From assembly GCA_963744445.1 (NCBI GenBank), contig CAVUTP010000001.1, positions 276,308-340,307 on the forward strand: a stretch of DNA of 64,000 nt, in the 5' to 3' direction. This document shows, one piece after another, positions 1 to 10,951 of this stretch. The notes beneath the pieces are model-generated. The model was not told where the DNA came from, ran no database searches, and worked only from the letters and a program-made list of their open reading frames with translations. Both the position numbers and the translations under genes were made by a program. Position 1 is the first letter of the stretch. The number at the start of each line of letters is the position of its first letter. This DNA is from an uncultured Acidobacteriota bacterium (lineage in GTDB: Bacteria; Acidobacteriota; Vicinamibacteria; Vicinamibacterales; Fen-181).

Positions 1-966
1 TTCCCGGGGGTGGACGGGATCAGATGCGGGCCATGGCCAGCCGCCAAACTGCGTGCGCCGGTAGTCGAGGAAGGCCTGCTGGATTTCCTCGTCGGTGTTC
101 ATCACGAACGGGCCGTACTGCACCACCGGCTCACCGATGGGCCGGCCCTGCAGCAGCAGGAGGTCGGCGTCCTTGCGGCCGTTCACGAGGCTGGCGTCCA
201 CGTCGGGGCGCAACTGGACCAGCGAGCCGGCAGGCACGGACCGGCCGCCCACCTCCAGCGTCTCGCCCTGGAAGAAGTAGAGCGTGCGCCCGACGCCTCT
301 CGCGGTGCGGGGCAACGTCCATCCGGCGCCGGCCGACAGTCGAACCGTCCAGATCGCCACCTCGGAGTCGGGTTCGGCGGCCCAGGAATCGGGCGGCGGC
401 ACGGGCGGGTCGAGGGTTTCGAGACGCCCCGCCACTACCACGACCTCCACCGACCGGCCGGCCTCGTCCTCCAGCCGCCAGGCGGGCACCGCGTCTCGCC
501 AGAACATGGAGAAGTAAGGCGACACCATCTTCCGGTCGCGGGGCAGGTTCAGCCAGATCTGGAACAGCTCGAGGGGATTGGGCCCGTGCGCGTCGCGAAG
601 GGGGAACATCTCCGCGTGCTGGATGCCGCCGCCGGCCGTGAGCCACTGCACGTCGCCGGCCCCGTACCTGGCCGTCGCGCCGAGGGAGTCGGAGTGATCG
701 ACGTAGCCGCTGCGCACCACGGTGACCGTTTCGAAGCCGCGGTGCGGGTGCTGGGGGAAGCCGGGGACGCTGGAGCCGTGGTACATCCGCCAGCCGTCCT
801 GCCCCTCGAAGTCCTGGCCGATGCGCCGGCCCTGGAGGGAGGCTGCCGGACCCATCCTCTCGTTGCCCGCGGGGTACGCGTCGCGATGGTGGACGCAGAC
901 CAGGAACGGATCGAAGGTCTGCCAGGGAAACGACAGCCGGGTGGTGGCCAGGACGAGGTCGGACAT
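1..966 (-). CDS. Pirin family bicupin protein (C-terminus runs off the window start)
   Basis: Reverse-strand reading from ATG at 966 gives MSDLVLATTRLSFPWQTF... with the pirin metal-site motif GFPQHPHRGFETVTVV and QWLTAGGGIQHAE. It has no stop inside the window, so it is absent from the ORF track. The + ORF 10..1158 is its antisense shadow. Confidence 0.85.
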   Translation of the reverse strand, partial: MSDLVLATTRLSFPWQTFDPFLVCVHHRDAYPAGNERMGPAASLQGRRIGQDFEGQDGWRMYHGSSVPGFPQHPHRGFETVTVVRSGYVDHSDSLGATARYGAGDVQWLTAGGGIQHAEMFPLRDAHGPNPLELFQIWLNLPRDRKMVSPYFSMFWRDAVPAWRLEDEAGRSVEVVVVAGRLETLDPPVPPPDSWAAEPDSEVAIWTVRLSAGAGWTLPRTARGVGRTLYFFQGETLEVGGRSVPAGSLVQLRPDVDASLVNGRKDADLLLLQGRPIGEPVVQYGPFVMNTDEEIQQAFLDYRRTQFGGWPWPASDPVHPRE

Positions 967-1027
967 CGCTCGCCTCCGCGGGGACAGGAAGAGGTGCAGA
1001 CGCCCGCCTGCGCTCGCCTTGGGCGAG

Positions 1028-2118
<1,091 letters not shown>

Positions 2119-2122
<4 letters not shown>

Positions 2123-2784
2123 CCCACCACCCTCGAACCGCGGCCGAGACGCGCGGTGAACGCGAGGGCCAGCAGCGACACGCCGAGCAGCAGCGCCGAC
2201 AGCACGCCGGCACCCTGCATGTCGAGGGCCTGCACGCGGTCGTAGATGGCGATGGCCACGGTCTTCGTCTCGCCGGGAATGCTCCCGCCCACCATCAGCA
2301 CGACGCCGAACTCGCCCAGGGTGTGCGCGGCGGTCATCACCATACCCGACACGACGCCGGGCCATGCGAGGGGCAGCTCCACGTGCGCCAGCGACCGCCA
2401 GGAGCCCATCCCGCAGACGCGGGCGGCCTGCAGCACCTCCTCGGGAATGGCCTCGAAGGCGCGCTGCATCGGGATGATGGCGAACGGCAGGTTGAACAGC
2501 ACCGAGGCCACCACCAGCCCCGAAAACGAGAAGGCGAGGGGCCGCCCCATCACCGCCTCGTAGAACGCGCCGATCGGCGAGCCCGCGCCCATTCCGACGA
2601 GCAGGTAATACCCCAGCACGGTCGGCGGCAGCACGAGCGGCAGCGCCAGGGCGGCCTCCACGAAGGACCGTCCGCGGACGCGGGTGCGGGCGAGCGTGCG
2701 CGCCGCCAGGGTTCCCAGCGGCAGCAGGATGGCGCTGGTCGCGAGGGCGAGCACGATCGACAGCCGCAGGGACGTCCAGTCCAT
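2119..2784 (-). CDS. modB: Molybdate ABC transporter permease ModB
   Basis: 221-aa polytopic permease (MDWTSLRLSIVLALATSAILLPLG...) lying between modA and modC, with tight coupling on both sides. Confidence 0.9.
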
Positions 2785-2785
2785 G

Positions 2786-3554
2786 TCAGTTCGTTGGAAC
2801 CGCGAAGCCGTAGCGCTTCAGGATCGCCCGCGCCGCGGGCTGCTGCAGGAAATGGTAGAAGCGGCCGGCGGCGCCGCCCCCCCGCTTCAGCAGCACCATC
2901 CGCTGCCGCAGCGGCCGGTGCAGGTTCTCGGGAAGGACGACGTAGTGGCCCTTGGGCCAGGCCCGGCGAGGTGGCCAGCGACAGCGCGAAGAGGCCGGCC
3001 TCGGCCGAGCCGCTCGCGGCAAACTGCGCGGCCTGGGAGACGTTCTCCCCGAACACCAGCTTGCGCTCGACTGCAGGCCACAGCCCCAAAGCCTCCAGCG
3101 CCTCGCGCGCCGCTCGGCCGTACGGCGCATGTTCCGGGTTGGCAATCGCCAGCTTGCGCAAGCGGCCGTCTCCGGCGGCGCGGCCGATGTCTGCCAAACG
3201 CTCGTCCACCCGCACGGGAGAGCCCGCCGGCGCAAACGCTACCAGCCGGCCGATCCCGTAGAGCACGCCCGCGTCCACGGTCAGCCCCTTCGCAGCCAGG
3301 CGCGCGACGAACGACTCGTCGGCCGACAGGAACAGCTCGAACGGCGCGCCCTGCTCGATCTGCCGGGCAATGTCGCCCGAGGACCCGTACGTCACGCGAA
3401 CGCGGAGACCGGTTTCACGCCCGTACGCGGTGATCACGTCGCCCAGGGCAACCCGGAGGTCGGAGGCAGCGGCAATGGTCGCGGGAGGTTGCGCCGCGGC
3501 GGGGGCCGCCAGCAGCAGGACCGCGAGGCGGGCGAGGAGGGCGCGGAGGAGCAT
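2786..3554 (-). CDS. modA: Molybdate-binding periplasmic protein ModA, reading frame broken near 2950-2960
   Basis: N-terminal part in the frame of ORF 2550..3554: signal peptide MLLRALLARLAVLLLAAPAAAQ, then TYGSSGDIARQIEQGAPFELFLSADE. The conserved C-terminus (KGHYVVLPENLHRPLRQRMVLLK...ILKRYGFAVPTN) is in the frame of ORF 2786..3235. A 1-nt shift occurs within GGCCTGGCCCAAGGGCC. Confidence 0.8.
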
Positions 3555-3646
3555 GGCGACTGAGAAGCGGGCAGCGGGCCGCCGTCAGCTTGCAGCGGAT
3601 CACGCTGTCACGCTGCGGGCTGCCAGCTGCCGGCTGCCGGCTAATC

Positions 3647-5494
3647 CTACGGCTGAATCCTGTCCGCATAGGCGAACACGGTCAGGTAGCCCATCTGGAT
3701 GATCTTCGTGAAAAGGTCGGCGTCAATCTTCTCGATGCTGTCGGTCGGCTGATGGTAGTCCGCGGTCATCGCCGCCATGTAGTAGACGAACGGGACCTTG
3801 ACCGACGCGAACGATGCATGGTCGGACCCGCCGCTGCCCACGCCCAGCGGGCTCTCGCGCAGGGCCAGGTCCAGGCCGACGTATTTGTTCATCTCCCGGG
3901 TGAGGGCCGCGAACTCGGTACCCGCGGTCAGGCTGACCGTCGCGTAGCGATTGCCGCGGATCTTCTTCACCGTCTCCTCCGCGCCGGCCACGTTGTACTG
4001 GCGGGTCGAGCGCGCCAGGTTCGCCTCGTCGAACGCGCGGCTGATCATGTCGTAGTTCAGGTAGCCCACGGTCTTCTCGATCGGGAACAGCGGATTGCGC
4101 ACGTAGTAGCGCGAGCCGTAGAGGCCCTTTTCCTCGCCGGTCCACAGCGCGAAGACGATGGTCCGCTTCGGCTTCACGGGGTTGGCGGCCATGGCCTTGG
4201 CAATCGCCAGCACGCCCACCGAGCCCGACCCGTTGTCGTCGGCGCCGTTGTAGATGTAGTCCTCCCAGCGGCCGGTGTGGTCGAAGTGCCCGCCGACCAC
4301 GAAGTACTCGCTCTTCAGCGTCGGGTCCGAACCCTCGATCATGCCGATCACGTTCATGCCGCGGACCAGCGTGGTTTTGGAGGTGGTGGCGACGGTCAGC
4401 TTCGCGCCGGGGATCTCCATCGACGCCGGCTTCATCGAGCTCTCGATCTTGCCCTTCAGGCCGTCGATCGTCTGGCCGGTCCCGTCGAGGATCGCGTTCG
4501 CGATCTCGCGCGTGATCGCCACCGACATGCCGCCCCCGCCGGGGCCGCCGGCCGGCGCGCCGTCACCGGCGATCGTCAGGCGCGTGCGCGGCCGGTTGAT
4601 GATCGGGCGCTCGTCGCTCGGACGCCGCACCATCGACAGGGCGTTGTAGACATCGGTGTCCTTTCCGCCGTTCGCGACGGTGACGATCGCCGCCGGCCCG
4701 AGCTTGGCGATCTCGGCAATCTTGTTGAACCGGGCAGGCCCGCCCTGGCCGCCGCGCCCCCCGACCGGCCCGGCCGGGAAGTACTTGTCCTTCAGCTCCG
4801 GCTTGGCCTGGAACAGCGACTTCGGATCGTCCTTGCCGGGCGCTTCCGTCAAGAGCATGACGATCTTGCCCTTCACGTCGAGGCCCTTCAACTCGTCGAA
4901 CCCGAGCGCCGGCTCGCTGATGCCGTATCCGACGAAGACGACAGGCGCCGCAACGGTTTCCGCCGCGCCGCTCCCGGCCTGGTAGTCCACGCCCGCCGTG
5001 AACGTCCGCGTCCTGGAGGATGCGCCGCTGCGTGTTTCCACGGTGATGGCGCTCTGGACGTCGGACGTCTCCTTGAAGGTGATCTCCTGGAAGTACGAGC
5101 GCTCGCGGGGCAGTGCCGGGGCGCCGCCGCGGCCGCCTCCCCCGCCGCCCATCATGCCGAAGCCGCCAGCCTGCGGCATGTCGCCCGCCGGCTTGATACC
5201 CCACATCTTGAACAGCGACACCGCGTAGTCCGCCGCCAGGGCGTAGCCCTTGGAGGCGGTATCGCGGCCTTCCATCCAGTCGGAGGCGATGAAACCAAGC
5301 ATCGCCATGTTCTCTCGGGCGGTAATCGCCTCGAACCCGGCCTTGTATTTCTCGGGCACGGGCTGCGGCGTCTGGACGAGGCTGAGGGCCTTCTGAACGT
5401 CTTCGAGCTTGAGCGGCTGCGGCGCTGGCATCTGCGCGCGGATCGCCAGCGAGGCGGTAACCATGAGGACGGCTAGGACGAGGCACTTTCGCAT
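3647..5494 (-). CDS. Secreted M28 family zinc aminopeptidase with PA domain
   Basis: Start at MRKCLVLAVLMVTASLAIRAQ (signal peptide). M28 metal-site motifs GADDNGSGSVGVLAIAK, WTGEEKGLYGSRYY and GGSDHASF. The upstream part of ORF 3647..6655 is antisense to secA and was rejected. Confidence 0.85.
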   Translation of the reverse strand: MRKCLVLAVLMVTASLAIRAQMPAPQPLKLEDVQKALSLVQTPQPVPEKYKAGFEAITARENMAMLGFIASDWMEGRDTASKGYALAADYAVSLFKMWGIKPAGDMPQAGGFGMMGGGGGGRGGAPALPRERSYFQEITFKETSDVQSAITVETRSGASSRTRTFTAGVDYQAGSGAAETVAAPVVFVGYGISEPALGFDELKGLDVKGKIVMLLTEAPGKDDPKSLFQAKPELKDKYFPAGPVGGRGGQGGPARFNKIAEIAKLGPAAIVTVANGGKDTDVYNALSMVRRPSDERPIINRPRTRLTIAGDGAPAGGPGGGGMSVAITREIANAILDGTGQTIDGLKGKIESSMKPASMEIPGAKLTVATTSKTTLVRGMNVIGMIEGSDPTLKSEYFVVGGHFDHTGRWEDYIYNGADDNGSGSVGVLAIAKAMAANPVKPKRTIVFALWTGEEKGLYGSRYYVRNPLFPIEKTVGYLNYDMISRAFDEANLARSTRQYNVAGAEETVKKIRGNRYATVSLTAGTEFAALTREMNKYVGLDLALRESPLGVGSGGSDHASFASVKVPFVYYMAAMTADYHQPTDSIEKIDADLFTKIIQMGYLTVFAYADRIQP

Positions 5495-5611
5495 GAACGC
5501 TGCTCCTCTAAGGCAGGACACTCCGGCGGCGGGGGCAGGATAGTGGAATCGGAGTCTATCACGGCCCGCCCCCGCGCCGTGTGGACAGCCGCGAGCCTCC
5601 CGGCGAGGCCC

Positions 5612-5638
5612 TTCTGCATCTTGCATTCTGCATTCTGG
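5612..5638 (+). repeat. Heptamer tandem array TTCTGCA (about 3.8 units)
   Basis: TTCTGCA TCTTGCA TTCTGCA TTCTGG, ending 13 nt before the secA-like start codon. Confidence 0.9.
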
Positions 5639-5650
5639 TACCATCCCCTC

Positions 5651-8062
5651 ATGCCGTCCCGGCTCCGTGACCTGTATGTGCGCCTTGCCGGGATTCCCAT
5701 CCAGCACGACCTCACCCCCTACGTCGAGGGGCTGCGGGCCGTCGAGACGGCAGCCACGGGGCTCGAGGACGCCCCGGACGCGGACCTTCACGCCCGCGCC
5801 GTGCAGGCCCGCGACGAGGCTCGCGCCGGCCGCCCGCCCGACGACCTGCTGCCCGACGTCTTCGCCGTCGGCCGCGAGGCGTCGCGCCGCCTCCTGGGCC
5901 TGCGGCCGTTCGACGTGCAGGTCGCGGCGGCCATCGCCCTGCACCGCGGCCGCCTGGCGCAACTTGCCACGGGCGAGGGCAAGACGCTCGTTGCCGTGCT
6001 CCCGGCCATCCTCAACGCCCTCACCGGCCGCGGCGTGCACGTCTTCACCGCCAACGACTACCTCGCCGAACGCGATGCCGCCTGGATGGGCCCGCTCTAC
6101 CGGTTCTTCGGCGTCGAGCCCTCGTTTGTCGCGCAGGGTCTGGCCCGCGACGCACGCCGCCGGGCCTACGCCTCCGACGTGACGTACCTCACCGCGAAGG
6201 AGGCCGGCTTCGACTTCCTGCGCGACCACACGGCGACCAACGCATCCGACCTGGTCCAGCGGCCCTTCCACTACGTCATCGTGGACGAGGCGGACTTCAT
6301 CCTGGTCGACGAGGCGCGCGTGCCGTTGGTGATCGCGGGGGCGGCGCCGGACCTCGGGGTGAACCAGGCGGCGCTGGCCCAGGTCGTGCGGCAGCTCGCT
6401 CGCGGCGTGGACTTCGCCGCCGACGAGTACCAGCGCACGGTCGTCCTCACCGAGGCCGGCTTCCGCCACGCCGACCGGCTGCTCGGCGTCACTCTGTCGG
6501 CGCCCGAGCAGCACCTGCTGCTCAGCGCCCTCCACGTGGCGCTCCACGCGGAGGTCCTCCTCCGCCGCGACCGCGACTACATCGTCCGCGACGGCCGGAT
6601 CGAGCTGGTGGACGAATTCACGGGGCGGGTGGCCGACAACCGCCGCTGGCCGCACGGCATCCAGGCGGCGGTGGAAGCGAAGGAAGGGGTGGCGGTCAGG
6701 CCCGAGGGGAGGATCCTCGGCTCAATCCCGGTGCAGCACTTCGTGCGGCTCTACCCACGCGTCGCCGGCATGACGGCGACGGCCGTCGCGGCTGCGGAGG
6801 AGTTCCACGCCTTCTTCGGCCTGACCACCGTCGTCTTTCCGCCCAACCGGCCGTGCCGGCGAGACGACGCAGACGACGTGGTGTTCACGCACCGGGCGGC
6901 GAAGGAAGCGGCGCTGATCCAGGAGATCGCGGCAGCTCACGGGGCGGGGCGGCCCGTCCTGGTGGGCACGGCCAGTGTCGCCGAATCCGAGGCCCTGGCC
7001 GCGGCGCTGGCCGCCCGCGGCGTCGCCGGCGAGGTGCTGAACGCGCGCCACGACGCCCGCGAGGCGTCAATCGTGACGCGCGCCGGCGCGCCCGGCGCGA
7101 TCACGATCTCCACCAACATGGCCGGACGCGGCACCGACATCGTGCTGGGCGCCGGCGATCCCGAGGCGCGCGAACGGGTGGCCGGCCTGGGCGGCCTCTA
7201 CGTCATCGGCACCAACCGTCACGAGAGCCGGCGCATCGACGATCAGCTGCGCGGCCGCGCCGGACGCCAGGGCGATCCCGGCGCGTCGCGGTTCTTCATC
7301 AGCCTCGAGGACGATCTGATACGCCGCTACGGGGTGATGGAGCTGATTCCCAAGGCGCGTTGGCCGGCAGCGCGGGAGACCGCCGTCGACGACCCCCTCG
7401 TGCGGCGCGAGATCGCCCGCGCGCAGCGGATCATCGAGGGGCAGAACTTCGAGATTCGGAAGACGCTGTGGAACTACTCGGAGATGGTGGACGAACAGCG
7501 AAGGATGGTCCACGCGCGGCGGCAGGCGTATCTCCGCGGCGAGGCGGACCCGGGCGTCTGCCGCGAAGCAACACCGGAACACTACGAAACGCTCGCCGCG
7601 CAGGCGGGCGAGGAGCCCGTGCGCCGCGCCGAGCGGCGCATCGCAGTCGATGCCCTCGACCGCGCCTGGGCCGAACACCTCGCCCTGATCGAGGACATCC
7701 GCGAGGGCATTCACCTGCAGCGGTACGGCGGGAAGAACCCGATCACCGAGTTCCAGCGCCAGATCATCGGCGCCTTCGACGAGATGATGCAGCGTGTGGA
7801 CGACGAGACCGTCGAGGCGTTCGAGCGGCTGACCGTCGAAGACGGTGCGATCGACCTCTCCCGCGCGGGCCTCGGGAACTCCTCGGCCACCTGGACCTAC
7901 CTCGTCGACGACAACCCGTTCTCGCCGCTGGCCAGCTCGCTGCTCGCCAGCCGCACGCTCACCACCTCGGTCGCCATCCTCGGCGTCCTCTACTTCCCGA
8001 TCACGATTGCCACCGTGATCGGCGTCTTCTGGCGCCGCTGGCGCGGGAAGAAAGACGCGTAG
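5651..8062 (+). CDS. secA: SecA-family preprotein translocase ATPase, divergent short paralog with hydrophobic C-terminal tail
   Basis: Motor motifs ATGEGKTLVAVLP, VIVDEADFILVDEARVPLVI, GMTATA, TNMAGRGTDI and ESRRIDDQLRGRAGRQGDPG. 803 aa from MPSRLRDLY. Ends in a predicted TM segment, SVAILGVLYFPITIATVIGVFWRRWRGKKDA, in place of the usual Zn-finger tail. Confidence 0.85.
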   Translation: MPSRLRDLYVRLAGIPIQHDLTPYVEGLRAVETAATGLEDAPDADLHARAVQARDEARAGRPPDDLLPDVFAVGREASRRLLGLRPFDVQVAAAIALHRGRLAQLATGEGKTLVAVLPAILNALTGRGVHVFTANDYLAERDAAWMGPLYRFFGVEPSFVAQGLARDARRRAYASDVTYLTAKEAGFDFLRDHTATNASDLVQRPFHYVIVDEADFILVDEARVPLVIAGAAPDLGVNQAALAQVVRQLARGVDFAADEYQRTVVLTEAGFRHADRLLGVTLSAPEQHLLLSALHVALHAEVLLRRDRDYIVRDGRIELVDEFTGRVADNRRWPHGIQAAVEAKEGVAVRPEGRILGSIPVQHFVRLYPRVAGMTATAVAAAEEFHAFFGLTTVVFPPNRPCRRDDADDVVFTHRAAKEAALIQEIAAAHGAGRPVLVGTASVAESEALAAALAARGVAGEVLNARHDAREASIVTRAGAPGAITISTNMAGRGTDIVLGAGDPEARERVAGLGGLYVIGTNRHESRRIDDQLRGRAGRQGDPGASRFFISLEDDLIRRYGVMELIPKARWPAARETAVDDPLVRREIARAQRIIEGQNFEIRKTLWNYSEMVDEQRRMVHARRQAYLRGEADPGVCREATPEHYETLAAQAGEEPVRRAERRIAVDALDRAWAEHLALIEDIREGIHLQRYGGKNPITEFQRQIIGAFDEMMQRVDDETVEAFERLTVEDGAIDLSRAGLGNSSATWTYLVDDNPFSPLASSLLASRTLTTSVAILGVLYFPITIATVIGVFWRRWRGKKDA

Positions 8063-8065
8063 GAC

Positions 8066-8332
8066 TCAGTCCTTGCGTCTTCGGCCGGTGGCGGGCGAGA
8101 GATCGATCGACAGCGCGATGACGAGGCCGACGATGGGCCACAGGGTCCACTGGCCGGAGAACCAGTGCTGCACCGCGGTGTACCAGAGGAGCGTGGTGGG
8201 CAGGAAGATGAAGCCGATGACCGGCCAGAGGATCGTCGAGAACAGGCCCTGGAACCAGTTGGTGAGGAGCCACAGCAGGACGACAACCAGCCGCGGCGCC
8301 GCAAGCGAGAGGACGATGACAAGACAGGGCAT
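8066..8332 (-). CDS. Small integral membrane protein, unknown function
   Basis: 88 aa from MPCLVIVLSLAAPRLVVVLLWLL..., with three hydrophobic segments. GAGAGGAA ribosome-binding site upstream of the ATG at 8332. Confidence 0.55.
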   Translation of the reverse strand: MPCLVIVLSLAAPRLVVVLLWLLTNWFQGLFSTILWPVIGFIFLPTTLLWYTAVQHWFSGQWTLWPIVGLVIALSIDLSPATGRRRKD

Positions 8333-8352
8333 AGGGTTCCTCTCAGACGGCC

Positions 8353-8386
8353 AGGGCTCAAGGCTCAGGCTCACGGATTCTCAGGC
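8353..8386 (+). repeat. Heptamer-like tandem array GGCTCA(R)
   Basis: GGGCTCA AGGCTCA GGCTCAC GGATTCT CAGGCCC, lying between the ROK-like stop and the start of the small membrane protein gene. Confidence 0.6.
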
Positions 8387-8402
8387 CCAGGTCGGATGCG
8401 GC

Positions 8403-9854
8403 TCAGGGCGCTCGGCGCGCGGCCGGCAGGCTGGCTGCCGCGACGGCCTGCCCCACCCGGCGGCTCTTCTCGTCCGGAAGGTTGATGCGGGCCCGCGCTG
8501 CGACATCCGGGTACTCGGCCGCGAGCACTGCCTTCGCCCTCGACAGGATCAAATCGCCGCCCGACCCGCTCGTCACGCGCCCGAGGATCAGCACGTGCTT
8601 CAGCTCGTAGAATTCCGCGTACAGGCCGAGCGCGTAGCCGAGATACACGCCAATCGCATCCCAGACGCGGCGCGCCGCCGGATCGCCGGCTTCCAGGCGC
8701 TCCTGCACGGTCTTGAGCCGCTCGGCGAGGCCCAGCCGGCCGTCAACCGGGATGCCGCCGATCGGCGCAAGGCGGAACACGGCCTGCTGGCTGAAGTAGT
8801 TCGCACCCACGCCGCGATCGCCGCTCCACTCGTCCACGGGACCGTCGGGATCGAGATCCACGGGAGCGAACGCGAGCTCGTTCAGCCAGGACGTGATCTC
8901 GCCGCCCGGCGTGACGTAACCCGCCGCCTGGCTGGAGCCGAGCGCGATCCCCAGCACCGGCTGATCCTCGAGGCTCATCGCGCCGGCCAGCGCCGTCACT
9001 TCCCCGTCGTTCACCACGTCGAAGGGCACGCCGCCCCAGGCCTTCTGCAGCTCGAAGAACAGGTTGGCCGTGCGCGCCTCGAACAGATCCTTCGGGATGC
9101 CGCGGAAGAGCGAGCCGACCCTCGGGCGGTTGCCGATGTACACGCCCGCCGAGCTACCGCCGATCGCGTCCACCCGCGGCAGGTGGGCTGCAGCCGAGCG
9201 CAGCGCCTTCATCAGCTCGTCGTAGTGATACTGCGGGTCGGTGGCGCCTCGCGGGTCCCACGCGACCTCCTCGGTGAAGATCGGCGTGCCGTCCACGACC
9301 GCCGAGACCTTCCGGTCGCTGGCGCCGAGGTCGAACCCGATCCGGCAGCCTTCGAGGTGGCCGCCCAGCGCGACGGTGCTCTCCTCGGCGGCAGGCAGCG
9401 ATGCCTCGTCTACCGCTTCCACCGTGAAGGGGTGGCCGTAAACGCCGCTCATGAAGGCGTGGTCGAACGCCCGGGCGCCGTCCGCCGAGTAGATCGCCTT
9501 CAAATGGTCCGCGACCCCACCGGGCGCCGACACGAGCACGCGCCACCCGCCCCGCGACCAGAGCAGGAACTTCACGATCCGCTCGGCGTACTCGAAATTC
9601 AGGCCCGCCTCCGGGTGGTCCGCCGGGAGGCATGTCGTGTCGAAGCGGGAGACGGCGCCGCCGCCGCGCTCGATCGCGAGGCAGAGCCGGGCGGGACGGC
9701 CACTGGCCGCGGCCTTCTCCCGCAGGCCTCTCAACGCCAGGCCGAGCGGTCGGAAACCAGGGTGGAGTTCAGGACTGAAGCGAGGCGCGGAAAGAGCATG
9801 AAGTGCGGGCATAACGGTTGTCCGTCGGCCAGGGTCAGCGGCGGCGACGGCCAA
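8403..9854 (-). CDS. ROK/ASKHA-superfamily sugar-kinase-like protein with about 170-aa N-terminal extension
   Basis: Actin-fold ATPase motifs GFDLGASDRKV, VVNDGEVTALAG and GIALGSSQAAGYV. The start is uncertain (9854 or 9812). The ROK zinc CxCGxxGC motif was not seen. Confidence 0.6.
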   Translation of the reverse strand: MAVAAADPGRRTTVMPALHALSAPRFSPELHPGFRPLGLALRGLREKAAASGRPARLCLAIERGGGAVSRFDTTCLPADHPEAGLNFEYAERIVKFLLWSRGGWRVLVSAPGGVADHLKAIYSADGARAFDHAFMSGVYGHPFTVEAVDEASLPAAEESTVALGGHLEGCRIGFDLGASDRKVSAVVDGTPIFTEEVAWDPRGATDPQYHYDELMKALRSAAAHLPRVDAIGGSSAGVYIGNRPRVGSLFRGIPKDLFEARTANLFFELQKAWGGVPFDVVNDGEVTALAGAMSLEDQPVLGIALGSSQAAGYVTPGGEITSWLNELAFAPVDLDPDGPVDEWSGDRGVGANYFSQQAVFRLAPIGGIPVDGRLGLAERLKTVQERLEAGDPAARRVWDAIGVYLGYALGLYAEFYELKHVLILGRVTSGSGGDLILSRAKAVLAAEYPDVAARARINLPDEKSRRVGQAVAAASLPAARRAP

Positions 9855-9916
9855 CCGGAGCGGCGCCGCGGCTCGGAAGGTAGCGGAGAGCCTGGGCGGA
9901 TGTCAAACGGAACTGA

Positions 9917-10297
9917 CTACTTGTCCCTGCAGGCCGGCGCCGGGAAATTGCGCATCGTGTAGCGCGTCCCGCCCTTCGGCGTCGGGTTCGGCATCTTCGG
10001 GTCGACTTCCGCCGGGTCCACGAAGATGAGCGTCATCCCGCAGACCACCTTCGTGCGCGGCTTCTTGGCGACCGGCTCGTTCTGCTTGGGCTCCGGGATG
10101 ATGCGCGACTGCCCGCCCTCCGGTTCGGCCTTCAACTGTCCGGAGAAGAGCTTCGAATACGGGCCGGACTGAGGCGTCGAGGGCAGAGACAACTGGACGG
10201 CAGGCCCAGGCCTGGCCGGGGGTTGGACTTTCGACACCTGGGCGGCAACACCCACGGGCACCGCGACCACCACGGCAGCGAGGAGCGGGATGTACAT
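9917..10297 (-). CDS. Small secreted protein, unknown function
   Basis: 126 aa from MYIPLLAAVVVAVPVGVAAQ (signal peptide), with a GGAGGA ribosome-binding site upstream of the ATG at 10297. The remainder of ORF 9917..10894 is antisense to the 2Fe-2S gene. Confidence 0.6.
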   Translation of the reverse strand: MYIPLLAAVVVAVPVGVAAQVSKVQPPARPGPAVQLSLPSTPQSGPYSKLFSGQLKAEPEGGQSRIIPEPKQNEPVAKKPRTKVVCGMTLIFVDPAEVDPKMPNPTPKGGTRYTMRNFPAPACRDK

Positions 10298-10407
10298 GAC
10301 GCGTCCTCCACTCGCTTTAGACGAACGGGGGCCGGAACCAGTCTGCCACAAGAGCAGGGCTGAAGGCCTGCCCCTTCCGAGCGCCAGGCAACGGTCCCCG
10401 CCTCCGG

Positions 10408-10442
10408 CATTCCACATTCTGCATTGTGCATTCTGCATTCCG
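10408..10442 (+). repeat. Heptamer tandem array GCATTCT (5 units; same family as TTCTGCA)
   Basis: GCATTCC ACATTCT GCATTGT GCATTCT GCATTCC, 35 nt upstream of the 2Fe-2S subunit start codon. Confidence 0.9.
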
Positions 10443-10477
10443 AGGGGTAGACTCCGCCTATCCAAAAGGAGCTGCGG

Positions 10478-10951
10478 ATGCGCGATCTGTCCTTCACGCT
10501 GAACGGCAAGCCGACACGCCTCACGGTGGATCCCGGGCGCATGCTGCTCTGGGTTCTGCGCGACGACCTTGGACTCACGGGGACGAAGTTCGGGTGCGGC
10601 CAGGCGGTCTGCGGCGCGTGCACCGTGCTGGTGAACAACCAGGCGGTGACGTCGTGCAGCACGACGGTCGGCGAGGTCGAGGGGAAGCAGGTGCTGACGA
10701 TCGAGGGCCTGGCGAAGGACGACCGGCTGCACCCCATCCAGCAGGCCTTCGTCACGCACAACGCCTTCCAGTGCGGCTACTGCACGCCCGGCATGATCCT
10801 CGGGGCCTACGCCCTGCTGCTGAAGAACCCGAAGGCCACGCGGGCCGACATCGTCCGCCAGCTCGACTCGCACCTGTGCCGGTGCGGCGCGCACGAGCGC
10901 GTCGTGCGGGCGGTCGAGAGCGCGGCGTCGTCGAAAGGGGGCGCACGATGA
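10478..10951 (+). CDS. (2Fe-2S)-binding small subunit of a xanthine-dehydrogenase/aldehyde-oxidase-family oxidoreductase (IorA/CoxS-like)
   Basis: Two [2Fe-2S] cysteine clusters, GCGQAVCGACTV and QCGYCTPGMI...CRCG. ATGA overlap with the large subunit gene. Confidence 0.9.
   Translation: MRDLSFTLNGKPTRLTVDPGRMLLWVLRDDLGLTGTKFGCGQAVCGACTVLVNNQAVTSCSTTVGEVEGKQVLTIEGLAKDDRLHPIQQAFVTHNAFQCGYCTPGMILGAYALLLKNPKATRADIVRQLDSHLCRCGAHERVVRAVESAASSKGGAR

Noticed and set aside
3590-5476. 628-aa + ORF, and the upstream two-thirds of the 1002-aa minus ORF 3647..6655
   Set aside because: The + ORF is antisense to the M28 peptidase. The minus ORF beyond 5494 is antisense to secA. Both are Arg/Asp/His-rich and lack domain motifs.
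8073-9962. 629-aa + ORF
   Set aside because: It is antisense to the ROK-like gene and the small membrane protein gene, and has low-complexity Arg/Ala/Gly composition.
10298-10477. Possible Moco riboswitch in the 180-nt leader of the molybdopterin oxidoreductase genes (CTTCCGAGCGCC and CCGCCTCCGG caught my eye)
   Set aside because: I cannot reconstruct the RF01055 consensus reliably from memory, and a third of the region is occupied by the heptamer array. A cmsearch run would be needed to decide.
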